Origin: Chiloscyllium plagiosum
Taxonomy: Eukaryota
Reading direction: 5' to 3'
DNA length: 54,493 nucleotides
NCBI RefSeq assembly: GCF_004010195.1
Contig: NC_057719.1
Location: 86,268,056 to 86,322,548 of the forward strand
Part shown: positions 13,806 to 26,918 of the stretch, one piece after another
Layout: the number at the start of each line of letters is the position of its first letter
Position numbering within the stretch: the first letter of the stretch is position 1
The notes under the pieces: model-generated
Database searches by the model: none
Seen by the model: only the letters and a program-made list of their open reading frames with translations
What the model was told of the DNA's origin: nothing
Program-made: the position numbers and the translations under genes

Positions 13806-14025
13806 AAATTTCAAATTAAATTGTGGCAAATAATTTTTGTTGGGCAGGTGTTTTAGGACTTAGCTAAGAAGGGCAAGTTGAGTTAAGATACAGATAAACC
13901 ATAATTTAATTGATGCAACAGACCTGACTGGCTGATATGGCTAAATTCCATCACGATCAGAAAATTTCTAGGCTATTGATTGGGATATAAATAACAGGAA
14001 ATGAATTACAGCACTGGAAACTTAC

Positions 14026-14211
14026 ACTTCAGATTGTGACTTCTTACGCAGATGTTCAAAGTATAAATACCCAAGAGAATTCACACACATGGATACTTCA
14101 CCATGATTCTGAATTTCCATTCGAAATGGCTTTGCTATAACCAGTACGTGGGTGCATCCATTAGCTGCAGCCAGTGTTAAAGAAAGCCCATCATTACACA
14201 CTACAGTCAGT
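14026..14211 (-). CDS. GANC: GANC coding exon 5 (LTVVCNDG...AKPFRMEI...VNSLGYLYFEHLRKKSQSEV)
   Basis: 186 bp, CAG...GTAAGT, phase 2/2. PF..NSLG.LYFEHL motif. Confidence 0.95.
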
Positions 14212-15989
14212 CTGGAAAACACACAAAATAAATGCTCTAAATAGCGTGCCATATTTACAAAGAGTTCCCATTTTATAACATGGTCAGAAGGAAAATAGAT
14301 ATTTTCACATTCAATAGCATATACAGATACATAATGAATTGAAATGGCAGCAAGCACTCATACTGGCATGCTACCTTAAAGGTACAAATTGCACAATATA
14401 TTTAAACACAGTATATCCTTGACCTGCCAGGAATAGAAATGAGACACTAAAATCATGTTATAATGCAAATATGTTTTTCCAACCATATATTCCACTTTAC
14501 TCCACTAACAATAAAACAATAAAATATAACAAATGCACGGTGCAACTCAAATTTACTCTCAGATCTGAAGCACAGTTGTGACACTTAACTGATAAATGAG
14601 CAAATCAAATTCTTAAAAACTATGATCAACCTGACAACTTAGTCCCAGATAAAAAATGGTTTGAGAGATTAAAAGTTCCATGTACACTTTAATTTATGTC
14701 AGTCACTTCTGGTGTCAAATGAATACAGCAACCACAAAATTAATAAATGCCACAGTACCAGAAGCGTCACAGCTTTTTCATTATTTTTATTTTATTCTTT
14801 CATAGATTTTGGTTTGGAGCTGAGAATTGAGAACTACAAGCTGAAAATGACGCTTGGACATTAGACGGGATCTTATGGAAAAAGAAAGACCAAACAAGCT
14901 GATTTTTGTTTGTGTGGCCAGGCATGGAAGTTAATTGCAGATTGGTTCTTGATCAAAAGGTTCTACAGATAATTTGAAACCTGGGGAGAGCACTATGCTT
15001 AAAAAGACAGCATTAACAAGGTCAGTACCTCAGACTTCGTTCTAGCAAGTCTGGTAGAGGCCTCATGTTCAAGCAGATGGTAGATGTACATGGACAACAC
15101 CACATGAGAAAGTTAACCTGAGTGTGTTTTCTGTCAGAAAGAATGGGTTGTAATGAAACACTGTGAAGGTTTGAAAGTTCCCTGACTCACCTCCCATGAA
15201 CAGCTATTGGAAGTTCAGAGAACAGAAACTCATGATAAGTATAAGCTGACTTCCTCTGAGTGAACTAAAAATGTGGCCCTGATCGACATCTTCAGAGAAC
15301 CAAACAAGAAACAATCGTATATATCTGTGGAACAATGCATTATAAACTACTTACAGAGTCATAGTCATAGAGATGTACAGCATGGAAACAGACCCTTCGA
15401 TCCAGTTTTCTATTATTTATCTCTTAACTGTGTCTGTTTGTCAGACTGTCTTTTGTGTGAATACAATTGTAAACAAAGGTTAAATCACAAACATTAATTA
15501 GATTACTGTGTTGTTTAATTTTGCTCACTGAAATGACTATCACTCATAAATTGCTCAATCTTTGTTTAAACTACAAACCGCTGTCAAAAATAGATTATTC
15601 ACAGAGTCTCGGGTTGGTTACTCAAAATCTGGTTAGAAACCACTGGGGTCAACTTTGAGGGTCTTAGAACATTTCAATTTTACTGTGTTGTGAATACAAG
15701 GATAGAAGGTTGATTTGGTACAGCTGTCTGTCTCTGTGTCGTAACAACAATATCAAAAAACCTTCAACAAAATCACGAATGCTATCCAATGTGATCGTGA
15801 CAAAGTTATCCTCGTCCTCTCTTTGTTGTGTCTGTAGATTCTGAAATGGTCAACCACATTATCCTCTTCCAACGTTTCCTCACTGTCACCAGCATGGACT
15901 CCCCTAATTCAAATCCTCTCGACCCAGTTATAGTCAGCTTACCATATACAAGGACTTCTTTTCCTACTCTCTTTGATACTATCACTGGT

Positions 15990-16446
15990 TCTGGTTGTAA
16001 GTTTGCTCGCTGAGCTGGAAGGTTCGTTTTCAGACGCTTCATCACCATACTAGATAACATCATTAGTGAGCCTCTGGTGAAGCACAGGTGGTACGGCCCA
16101 CTTTTTATTTATGTGTTTAGGTTTCCTTGGACTGGTGATGTAATTTCCAGTTCTTTTTCTCAGGGGGTGATAAATGGGATCTAAAAAGTCAATATGTTTG
16201 TTGATTGAGTTTCGGAGAGAGTGCCATGCTTCTAGGAATTCTTGTGCGTGTCTCTGTTGGCTTGTCCTATGATGGATGTGTTGTCCCAATATAAGCGGTG
16301 TCCTTTCTCATCTGTATGTAAAGATACAAATGAGAATGGGTCATGTCTTTTTGTGGCTAGTTGATATTCATTATCTTAGTGACGAGTTTTCTGCCTGTTT
16401 GTCCAATGTAATGTTTGCTACAGTTCTTGCAAGGTATTTTGTAAAT
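15990..16446 (-). mobile_element. Penelope-like GIY-YIG/pLTR fragment (left arm of an inverted pair)
   Basis: EFLEAWHS..SINKHID peptide. Reverse complement of 17540-18010. Confidence 0.88.
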
Positions 16447-16480
16447 GACCACTACTCAGACCACTTAGCATCATGGTAGA

Positions 16481-17455
16481 GCATAGAATATAGAACAATA
16501 CAGCACAGAACAGGCCCTTCGGCCCACGATGTTGTGCCGAACATTTGTCCTAGCTTAAGCACCCATCCATGTACCTATCCAATTGCCGCTTAAAGGTCGC
16601 CAATGATTCTGACTCTGCCACTCCCACAGGCAGTGCATTCCATGCCCCCCTCACTCTCGGGGCAAAGAACCTACCCCTGACATCCCCCCTATACCTTCCA
16701 CCCTTCACCTTAAATTTATGTTCCCTTGTAACATTCTGTTCTCTCTGACTGTCTATTCTATCTATTCCTCTGATCATCTTATAAACCTCTATCAAGTCAC
16801 CCCTCATCCTTCGCTGTTCCAATGAGAAAAGGCCTAGCACTCTCAACCTATCCTCATACAACCTATTCTCCATTCCAGGCAACATCCTATTAAATCTTCT
16901 CTGCACCCTCTCCAAAGCTTCCACATCTTTCCTAAAGTGAGGCGACCAGAACTGCACACAGTACTCCAAATGTGGCCTAACCAAAGTACTGTACAGTTGC
17001 AACATCACTTCACGACTCTTGAATTAAATCCCCCTGCCAATGAACGCTAATACCCCATAGGCCTTCTTACAAGCTCTCCACAACTCCACCTATCTTTGTA
17101 TCATCTGCAAATTTACTGACCCACCCTTCGGCTCCCTCATCTAAGTCATTAATAAAAATTACAAACAGCAGAGGACCCAGAACTGATCCCTGCGGAACTC
17201 CACTTGTAACTGGGCTCCAGGCTGAATATTTACCATCTACCACCACTCTCTGACTTTGACCGGTTAGCCAGTTTTCTATCCAACTGGCCAAATTTCCCTT
17301 TATCCCATGCCTCCTGACTTTCCGCATAAGCCTACCATGGGGAGCCTTATCAAATGCCTTATTAAAATCCATGTATACTACATTCACTGCTCTACCCTCA
17401 TCCACATGCTTGGTCACCTCCTCAAAGAATTCAATAAGACTTTAAGGCAAGACCT
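16481..17455 (-). mobile_element. Young CR1 LINE fragment
   Basis: [53 protein letters not shown]. Confidence 0.93.
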
Positions 17456-18040
17456 AAGGTAGCCCCCAAACTCACCAACTCACTAAAACAGCAGCTAATG
17501 GACTTGAAAGACCCTAAACAAACAAAAGGCAAAACTAATGTAATTTACAAAATACCTTGTAACAAACACTACATTGGACAAACAGGCAAAAAACTAGCCA
17601 CCAGGATACATGAACATCAACCAGCCACAGAAAGACATGACCCATACTGGTATCTTTACATACAGATGTGGGAGGACACTACTTCCACTGGGACAACACA
17701 TCCATCTAGGACAAGCCAAACAGAGACACGCACAAAAATTCCTCGAAGCATGGCACTCCAACCAGAAGTCTATCAACAAACACATTGACTTGGATCCCAC
17801 TTACCAACCCCTGAGAAAAAGAACAGAAAATGACATCATCACAGGAAATGACATCACCTATCCAAGGAAACCTAAACACATAAACAAAAAGCGGGCCATA
17901 CCACCAGTGCTTCACCGGAGGCTCACTGATGATGTTACCTAGTATGGTAATGAAACATCTGAAAATGAACCTTGCAGCTCAGCAAGCAAACTTACGTCCA
18001 GAACATCAACCTAAGCTACAAATCTTCTCAAACCTCGCTA
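17456..18040 (+). mobile_element. Penelope-like GIY-YIG/pLTR fragment (right arm)
   Basis: NVIYKIPCNKHYIGQTGKKLATRIHEH. Hammerhead-like core at 17926-17959. Confidence 0.9.
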
Positions 18041-18654
18041 ACTATCTCTGGTGTTTCTCAAGAATCTATCTTTGACCTGCTTTTGTTTCTCATTTACATG
18101 CTGTGCCTCAGCAACTTTATCCAAAGGCAGAGAACTGGTTTTTACATCTCGACTGAGGACATCCTGGTCCATTTCAGCACTACCGTGCCCAAATAAGACT
18201 AATTCATGTTACTTCATCTTATGACTTTTTCAAGTTCAACTGCCTTTGCTACCCACTCCATTATCTCAACAAAAAGCAGTTTACCCTTGCCTGTTCTGAA
18301 GATGTCATATCAGACTTGAAATATTAACTCTTGTTCTCTCTCCACAGATGTTTCCAGACTGCTGAGTTTCTCCAGCAGTTTTTTTTCATAACTTTTAATA
18401 AATCTTTTTGCTCTTTTTCTATTTTTAGTTATTGCTTGCTTAAGTGTCTTATTTTTTTCTTGGATTATTGCTTTTAAAATACTTCTCATGGTCAATGTTA
18501 AAATGACTAGTCTGTAATCATGACATTTATTCTTTCCCATTTTGTTAATTCTCAAAGGTATATAATTATTATTATTACATTCATTTATAATCCTCCAGTC
18601 CTTAGAACCACCCCAGTATCTAACGCAACATCTCTGAAATTTCTACCTTCATTC

Positions 18655-18988
18655 ACAGAATTCATAGAGTCCCTACAGTGTGGAGATAGGCTATTTGCCC
18701 CAACAAGTCCACATCGGCCCTCCAAAAAGTATCTCACCCAGACCCATTCCCTTCCCCTATTACTCTACATTTTCCCTGACGAATGCACCTAACCTTTATA
18801 TCCCTGAACACAATGGGCAATTTAGCGTAGCCAATTCACCTAACCTGCACATGTTTGGACTGTGGGAGGAAACCGGAGCACCCGGAGGAAACCCACACAA
18901 ACACGGTGAGAACGTGTAAACTTCACACATACAGTCGCCTGAGGCTGAAGTCTAACCCTGGTCCCTGGTGCTGTGAGGCAGCAATGCT
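18655..18988 (-). mobile_element. HE1-like SINE
   Basis: Same family as 55-342. Confidence 0.83.
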
Positions 18989-20305
18989 TTAATTCCCTTC
19001 AGTTCCCTCAGTATCCCTGGAAATATCTTATCTGAAGCTAGTAGTTTATTCATTGAAGTGCCATCAGTCTTTCTCACAATTTCTCTTTTATCCATTATTA
19101 CTTCATCCAGTAACCTCACACTGCCTCATCCGCTATAGCTTTGGCAAGTCCTTTTATTGAGTAAACAATAGCACATATCAGACTTTAGATGTGTACCTAT
19201 CTCTAAGTGTACCATGTCTCTTGAGGAGAAGAAGACTTAAAAGAAGTACACTTAACTCAATCCATAGAAGGGCAAACCCATTCAAGTCAGCACTTACCTT
19301 CCACACGAACAACCAGACAATCACATTTCTGTTTCCATATTCCATTCCAGATTTCAAATCCTATCAAGTCATTTTCATTTACTGAATCAAATCTAATCCT
19401 GGATGCTGAATTTCTATCTCAATCAATAACCTTGAAAGTGAATTTGATAAGCTCACAACTCTCTGTGTGAAAAATTTCTTCTGCCATCTGTTCCAACCAT
19501 CTTACATTTGATCTAGCATCCATGGACCCACATTTTCAAACACTGAACGACTTCAACCAACTCCTTTCATTCATATTGTCCTGTATTGTCATGATTGACA
19601 AAGCTTGCATTATTATTATCACCTCATACATTCCATAGTGTAACAAAGAAGTATTTTTATTTTTTACCTTCATGTGTGCTCGGGCTCATATTTTATGCTG
19701 GGATTTAGTATTTCACACTTGACATTTTCTGAGAGGAAAGTTAAGGTTGAATATTACCTAATTACTTTGCCACTATTTACTGATATACAATTTGGCAATT
19801 TGTAATCTAAGTAATGATGGGACCGAATGTGTCCTATTACACAATCAAATAAATCAGATGGGATCATATAATACTAATGCATGGTGTGGCACGAATGTTA
19901 CTTACCACTTGTCACCCCAAGATACCGTCCAGATCTTGTTGCATTTGGACACGGACTGATTCAGTGTCTCAGGAGTTGCAAATAGTGCAATCATCAGCAA
20001 ACATCCCCACTTCTGACCTTATGATGGACGGAAGGTCATGATGGAGCGGCTGAAGATGGTTTGGCCTAGGATACACTGAGGAACTTCTGTCGAGATGTCC
20101 TAGAGCAGAGATGACTGACATCCAACAACTATGACCATCTTCCTACATGGATTGATATCAGGTCATGGTCCATATGACACCAGATTATCATGTTAGAAAC
20201 ACGTGAGAGAGTCAGGTCTAGCCTGCACATAAATTCATTGTAAAAGGCACTTTGACAAATAACAGCCTTCCAACTAGATTTTGCTTGTTGCACCAGATAT
20301 CTCAC

Positions 20306-20433
20306 CTTTGTGTGACTGGTTCGTTAACAATAACATCAGGGACTTCATATCTCAGCTTCATTGGCTTCAACTCATTCACTTTTATCCTGATTACATGATC
20401 CTCAAGGGCAAAGATCTCCAAAAGGAGTGAAAC
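20306..20433 (-). CDS. GANC: GANC coding exon 4 (VSLLLEIFALEDHVIRIKVNELKPMKLRYEVPDVIVNEPVTQR)
   Basis: 128 bp, AG...GTGAG. GH31 N-terminal domain motif RxKxNE..P...RYEVPDV. Confidence 0.95.
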
Positions 20434-21629
20434 CTAAAAAAATGTTTAAAACGTTAATCACCCAGCGCTGCCATTACAATTCAAAATAAATTCTTAATGA
20501 AGATATTAACTGTGCATAATGTACAAAGAATTTAAATCTAACAAGGCTTCTGGTTTCTAATGCTGACGTCTTTGCTCATTTAATTAATGGATTGTGATAT
20601 TGCAGAAGTAACTTTCAATTGAGACAATAATGTTTCAGACTGGATTGTCCACTCAGTACACAACCAGTCTACATCTCATTGACTAAGTGCACTTCATCTA
20701 CCACCTTAAGCATTCACTTCCTCCACAACTGACAACTACAGCACTGTGTACCATTGGCAAAATGCACTGCAGCAAATCACAAAAACTGCTTCAAAATGTG
20801 CAACCTCTATTGCCTGAGAGGACATTGGCAGTTGATTGATGAAAACACCACTACCAGTAAGTTTTCCTTCTCATCAAATCCTGTCCTCACTTGGAACTAT
20901 ATTGCTATTCCTTCAGTTACTTGACCATGATCCTGGAATTCCCTTCCTAATAGCACTGCAGATGTCCCTACACCTTAAGGTTCACCATCACCTTCCTCAG
21001 GGCAACAAATGCTCATGCAACTAGTGAAGCCCACATCCATGAATAAATATTTCAAAAGAGGCCTAATCAATAATGAAGCTATCAAGTCACTCTTTGTGAT
21101 AGACCACAGTATAATCAATGCCCTTGCCATCCTGTGGTGAAGACAGATGAGGGCAGATTTCCTTGCTTAACTTTGTTCTGATGACACTGGCAATGTTGAG
21201 GACTCCCACATGACTCCCTCCAAACTGTATACAACTTTGCCACCACCTCTCGCCCTCATGCAAACCAGTGCGACAGCACATGTCTGGAACATTATCTTTT
21301 AAATATGATATGGTAAGTCAACTTATTGCTTGACTGTTTTCCCAGTTTTGGCAAAATACTTTAGTTGTCAGTGAGAAGGTCACTGCAAGGTCAACAGAGT
21401 TGGATGTGCTGTTGTCATTTATCACATCAAGTTCATTGCTGTGTGTTTTGTTCAATTGTAATTGCTTTTAGACATCATGGAGGTTTGGTGTAACTGGGTG
21501 GCTTGCTAGGTCTTTTCAGAGGACAGTTAAGAGTCAACCACTTTGTTCCTTGTTTGGAGTCACATGAAAGAAGAATTATATGAGCTGAGAATTTTTTTTT
21601 GTTCTGGACATAATTGGTCCTTGATGTCA

Positions 21630-21960
21630 AATGTTATCAAGCTAAAGGGAGAGGCTGAATAGCCTGGTGTTATTTTCCCTGGAGCATCAGAGGCTGAGGG
21701 GTGGCCTAATAAAAATTTATAAAATCATGAGGGGCGTCGATAAGGTAAATAGCCAAGGTCTTTTTTTCTGGGGTGGGGGGAATCCAGAACTAGAAAGCAT
21801 AGGTTTAGGGTGAGAGGGGAAAGATTTAAAAGGGACACAAGGGGCAACTTCCTCATGCAGAGAGTAGTGCGTGTATGGAATGAGCTGCCAGAGGAAGTGG
21901 CATGGACTGGTTGGACCACAGGGTCTGTTTCCATGCTGTACATCTCTATGACTCTACGAC
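21630..21960 (+). mobile_element. CR1 3' fragment
   Basis: RGERFKRDTRGNFLMQRVVRVWNELPEEV and the same tail as 11880-11953. Confidence 0.85.
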
Positions 21961-23199
21961 TATCATTGGAATCTGATTGGTCCTTTATGTCATGTTTTTC
22001 ATACAGGTCAGTCAGCAACATTAAGCACTCAGCCACTGAAATTCAGGTAAGGACAGCAACTTTCCATTTGTAAAGGATATGAGTGAATAGATGGGTTTTA
22101 TGACAATTGACAATAGTTTCATGGTCATCATCGTTGAGACTAAGATTTCATTCAAGATTTATTAATTTAATATAATTCCACCAGCTATCATAGTGAGAAA
22201 TTGACTGGTGATTCAGAGCATTAGCAAGGGCCTCTAGATTATCAGTCCAATGACATAATCACTGTGCCAACACCTCTCACATGATTCTTTCCCCTATTCA
22301 CACCATCAGTACTTTTTGCATTTAATCCATTGCAACAGTGTCTATCATCTGCCAGGGCATTCTCCCATTGTTATCCTCTGCTCCACAGTTTCCTTTCAAA
22401 GATTACTTCACATCTTTTAACTCTGGACCCATTTCCTCTCATGAACCAAAATCTATGAATGGAAAATTACAGGCAATATATTCAAACATTTTTGGCATGA
22501 AACGGTGTTAGCTGCAGATGCCTTTACCAGTACGTATTTGGAAAACTACCCCTTAAAAATTCATATCAAAGTGCTTAGAAGGTCCAGGTAAAAGCACGTG
22601 GATTTGTAAAGGGGACTCCACGATCGGTTAACTTATGTCATTTTTGAAGAAACTACTGTGTCCAAGAGGAATGCAGTGGAATTTATTCATATAGATTTTC
22701 AGAAGCTTTTGATAGGATCGTAAGGCTCGGAGAGAAAAGCATGATGGGAAGTAGATGCTTATTTAATTTATAGGATATCAGTAAAGACAAGTGCAAGGGA
22801 TCTGGGCTCATTTCAATAAGTAATTTGGATATGAGCAGATGGGTGGCAAATACAGTTTACAAAATGCTAAAGGATTTCTACCCACCTCCAATTCTGATCT
22901 CTTGTGCATTGATAATTTATTCACTCCACTACATGTAACTGTGCCTACAGCTGAGACACTAAGCTCTGGAATTTCATCCCTGAACATCACTATTGCTTTT
23001 GTTTTAAGACAGTCCTTAAAATCTAATGTTGCAACCTATTTGGCAGCCAATTACTGGAGATTTCAACTTGAGTGGGATTTAGACCATAGCCGTGGAAAAA
23101 TGGATGGGAGTAGACAGACATAGCTTGAGTTTACGGCAATCACAAGCATTGTGTGGCTAGAATTTACTGGTTACAACTTAGCGAGAATATCTAAAGATG

Positions 23200-23662
23200 T
23201 CCTTTGACTCGGGATATATCAGGAGCATGATCAGAGACATCAGGTCTATAAGCAAAGAAAACAAAGTCATCACCAACTGCAGTAAACAGCTGGAGAGGTG
23301 GGAGAATGCTATCTTAATACTACTCCGAGGAGAACACTTGTCATGGCAGGTCTGGATATGAAACACACAGCAAAGCAGTTTAGCAAAGCTATTGACTCCC
23401 TTGAAACGAGCAAAGCTCCAGTTGCTGATGCTATACCAGGTAGACTCACAGGAACTCGGCACTCCTACGTGAACTTCCCTGTCTCTGCTGGAAGGGAGAG
23501 AAGTAGGACATGCAGGCTACAAAGACTGGGGAAATGTACAAGAATGTAATCGAAAACAGCAATTGTGACAACTATCTGAATATCACGATACAAGTATTTG
23601 CTGTGCTAGCCTTATCAGACTGCAAATCCTGGCTCAATACATTTACCCCAAAACCCAATGTA
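23200..23662 (+). mobile_element. RTE-clade LINE fragment
   Basis: QLERW..., SKAIDSLETSKAPVADAIP, ..RLQILAQYIYPKTQC: RTE-type RT N-terminal region. Confidence 0.65.
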
Positions 23663-24248
23663 GGAGCAAATTAATGCAGATGCTGGAATCTGTACTGAAA
23701 ACAATAAATGCTGGAGATCACAGCAGGTCAGGCAGCAAACATGGACAGAAAGCAAGTTAATGTTGAGTCGAGGTTACTCCTCATCAGAGTCCTAATTTAA
23801 ATGCAATTTAGGACTTAAAAAATTAAATCAACAATTAACAAATCAGAAACATAAAGTTTGTCTCAGTCATGGGAAATTACAACTTATTGTTGTAAAAAAG
23901 TCCACTCTGTCACTAATGTCCCTCAGGAATGTAAATCTGCCCGCTTTATTTGATCTAGCTTACATATGATTCCAGATCTACAGTAATACGACTGGTTCCT
24001 AACTGTCCTCTCAAATAGCCAAATAAGCCATTCAGTTCATGGGTAAGTAGGATGGGCCACAAATTCTGGTCTTGCTAGCAACATCCACATCTCATGAAAG
24101 AATCATAAAAATCCTACCATTGTGTCACTTTGAAATAAACACCAGTAAGTTTATTATTCCGCATTTAAAACATTTGCAACATTGAAGCATCATTGGACTG
24201 GAGATCAATGAGAGATTAAAGCAAAACCATTGCGACTTTGACATTAAC

Positions 24249-24357
24249 CTTATTCTCTTCATTGAGCAACTGTAGCGTGGCTTTGCAGCTTGAGAGTTGG
24301 AGAGTATCCAGTAAGGCATGATATGGAGAATTTCCTGGCAACAATTTCTTCTGACGC
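24249..24357 (-). CDS. GANC: GANC coding exon 3 (RQKKLLPGNSPYHALLDTLQLSSCKATLQLLNEENK)
   Basis: 109 bp, canonical splice sites, homologous to human RQKQWLSKKSTYQALLDS...INEASK. Confidence 0.93.
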
Positions 24358-25012
24358 CTGAAGGGGTGGGAAAATAAGTGAAAAAAAACTATGAATTTAT
24401 CCAGAGACATGTCAGCTTTCCACAGTGCTGATTATAGATTCAACTCCACTTGACCAGTGCGTACTTGATGCAGGCACAAGGGTTTATTACAGTAACACTG
24501 ATATTCATCAAATAAAAGTCAAATATAAAAACAGAATGTACTGAAGAAAATCAACATGTCTTTTCCAAACAAGTCATACTGGAGTCAAAGCATGAACTAT
24601 GTTTCTCGTGTCACAGATGCTGCCAGACTTGCTGAGTTTCTCCAGTTTCTCTGAATTTCTCAAATATAAACTTTGTTTATACTTCTGATAATCCTTAACT
24701 GAAGGAGCAGTCCAGTTTCCCTCTCTTGAGTCAGAAAGTTGAGTTCAAGTCCTCCTCCAGCTACATTATCTATAGGAATCATAGTGACATGCTATCTTAA
24801 TTAATTTTACCAATCCTGAGTCCATTCCATACTGGAAATTGATTAATCTCATAGTTAAAGATGTATATTGTTTGTTTACATGCTTTGGATAACCAGCTTG
24901 TTGTGGTTTAAAAACTACTGCTATCAGAAACAGCCGTTGCCTTGAACAGCTCAAAATCTTAATTAGACTCAACAGATTACTGAACCGATTGCCTCCAGCA
25001 ACAGAGGTATAC

Positions 25013-25075
25013 CTGTAGAATGCAATGTCCCCAGTTGTCTTGAACTTGTTGCTCTCAACTACTTCTGCAAGTGCA
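25013..25075 (-). CDS. GANC: GANC coding exon 2 (ALAEVVESNKFKTTGDIAFYR)
   Basis: 63 bp, AG...GT, phase 2/2. Matches the GANC/GANAB N-terminal motif xxFxxCxxIAFYRRQ. Confidence 0.92.
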
Positions 25076-25122
25076 CTGTCAGGGATAGAAAAAAAATAAT
25101 TAGTCTTGCTCGTGCTTCTGTA

Positions 25123-25296
25123 CAGAAGAACCTCAATTATTTGAAGGACATGGGTGGGGAGTATTTCATTTGGTTAATTGAATTCTGGATAATCAAATGC
25201 CGGATAACATAGTTTAGCCAAGCATCAGGTCCTTGCAAACTTGCCGGATAATCTGATATTTGGATAATCGAAAGCAGGATAATCAAGGTTCCTCTG
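25123..25296. mobile_element. Tc1/mariner (pogo/Tigger-like) MITE
   Basis: TA target duplication. TIRs CAGAAGAACCTCAATTAT / ATAATCAAGGTTCCTCTG. Confidence 0.8.
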
Positions 25297-25749
25297 TACT
25301 TAAAATACTTTAAGCAATGCAGTGTCCTCTATATTTAGGAGACCAAATACAGATTGGGTGGCTGATTCACAGAACACCTTCATTTATATCCAAGCGTAGC
25401 CCCAAGTTTCTACTGCTTGCTATTTTAATTCAGCACTTTCCTCTCATGCCCACATTTTGGTCCTCACTGTACTGTTCCAGTGAACAAACTCATGCTTGAG
25501 TAACGAGCTCTCTGATTTAGACACTTTACAGCCTTCTGAACCCAAGATTGAATTCAACAATCAGACTATGTACTCTGTTCCCCATTTTGATTCTGTTATT
25601 TAGCCATGAGTTTGTTTGAATGTTGTTCTTCATGGTTTTACTTTCAAACAGAACTATTAAGTATTCTGGGATTTACACTCACTCTGGACAAATGCTTAGT
25701 GAGTTTCCTGCAACTGTTACCATTCTTTTTTTACTTTAGTTCTATGACT

Positions 25750-26918
25750 CATAGAATCGTACATTTCAAAAAAGGCCCTTCAGCCCATTGAGTCTATACC
25801 ACCAAAAATACACTAAAGCTACACTTTCCAGCTCTAGGCCTATAGCCTTGATTGTTACTACACTTCAAGTGCTCATCTAAGTACATTTTTAAAAGTTGTA
25901 AGCTTTCCCACCTCAACTACCCACCCAGGCAGTGTATTCCCAACCTCTACCTGGGTGAAAAACATTCTGCTCAAGTCCCCTCTAATCCACTTGTCTTTCA
26001 CCTTAAAATTATACACCCTTGCATTTGACACTTCAACCCTGTCCATGGCCCACATTAACTTATATATGACAATCAGATTCACCCTCCAAACCTCCAGGAA
26101 CACCTCCAGGAATTAATGCCCAAGGACCATCCTGCTATCCTGTAGCTGTGATGTTCCACGCCAGGTAACACCCTCACGAGTTTCCTCTGCACTCCCTCCA
26201 ATGAAAGCAAATCCTCTCAATAGCGTGGTGACCAGAACTGCACACACAACTCCAGCTGTGGTCTAACAAAAGTCCTGTACAGTTCCAATATAACCTCCCT
26301 CTTATAATCTATGTCTCGACTGTTAAGGCATGTGCTGAAAATGTGTTGCTGGAAAAGCGCAGCAGGTCAGGCAGCATCCAAGGAGCAGGAGAATCGACGT
26401 TTCGGGCATGAGCCTGTTAAGGCATGTGTCCTGTATACTTTAACTCCCCTATTAGCTTGCCCTACTGCCTTCAGGGATCGGTGGACAAGCAACACAAGTT
26501 CCTCTGAGCTTCCGAATGTCTTGCCATTCATTGAATACTCCTTTGTCATGTTAGTTCTTCTAAATTACATCACTTCACACTTATCAGGGTTAAGTTCCAT
26601 CTGCCAGTGATCTGCCCAATCTGTCTATATCCTCTTGTAACCTAAGGCTTTCTTTCACACTTGTAAATACCCAACTAACCTTAGTGTCATCTGCAAACTT
26701 ACTTATCATCAACCCCACATTCTCATCTATAATTTATATACAATCAATGAGAGATCCAGAACTGGTCTCTGTGGTAGACCAGTGGGCATCAAGCTTCATA
26801 CAAATAGACTTCTATCATTACCATCTGTCTCCTGCTAATCATCCAACATGCCAAGTTACCCTGGATCCCATGAGCTTTTACATTCCTTGTAAGCCTATCT
26901 GTGGGACTTTTTCAATGC
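25750..26918 (-). mobile_element. CR1 fragment, host of the LTR element
   Basis: KFADDTK (26684-26700) and CVQFWSP motifs on the minus strand. Breaks within the KAFDKVP region at the LTR start. Confidence 0.85.
26335..26413 (-). mobile_element. 79 bp Penelope pLTR fragment inside a CR1
   Basis: Perfect 15 bp TSD CTGTTAAGGCATGTG (26320-26334 and 26414-26428). Confidence 0.85.

Larger units (their letters stand above)
15770..18290 (+). mobile_element. Old L2-like RT fragment split by the Penelope pair (pieces about 15770-15989 and 18041-18290)
   Basis: DSEMVNHIILFQR on the left continues as TISGVSQESIFDLLLFLIYML (GVPQGSILGPLLFxIYM) on the right. Confidence 0.65.
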
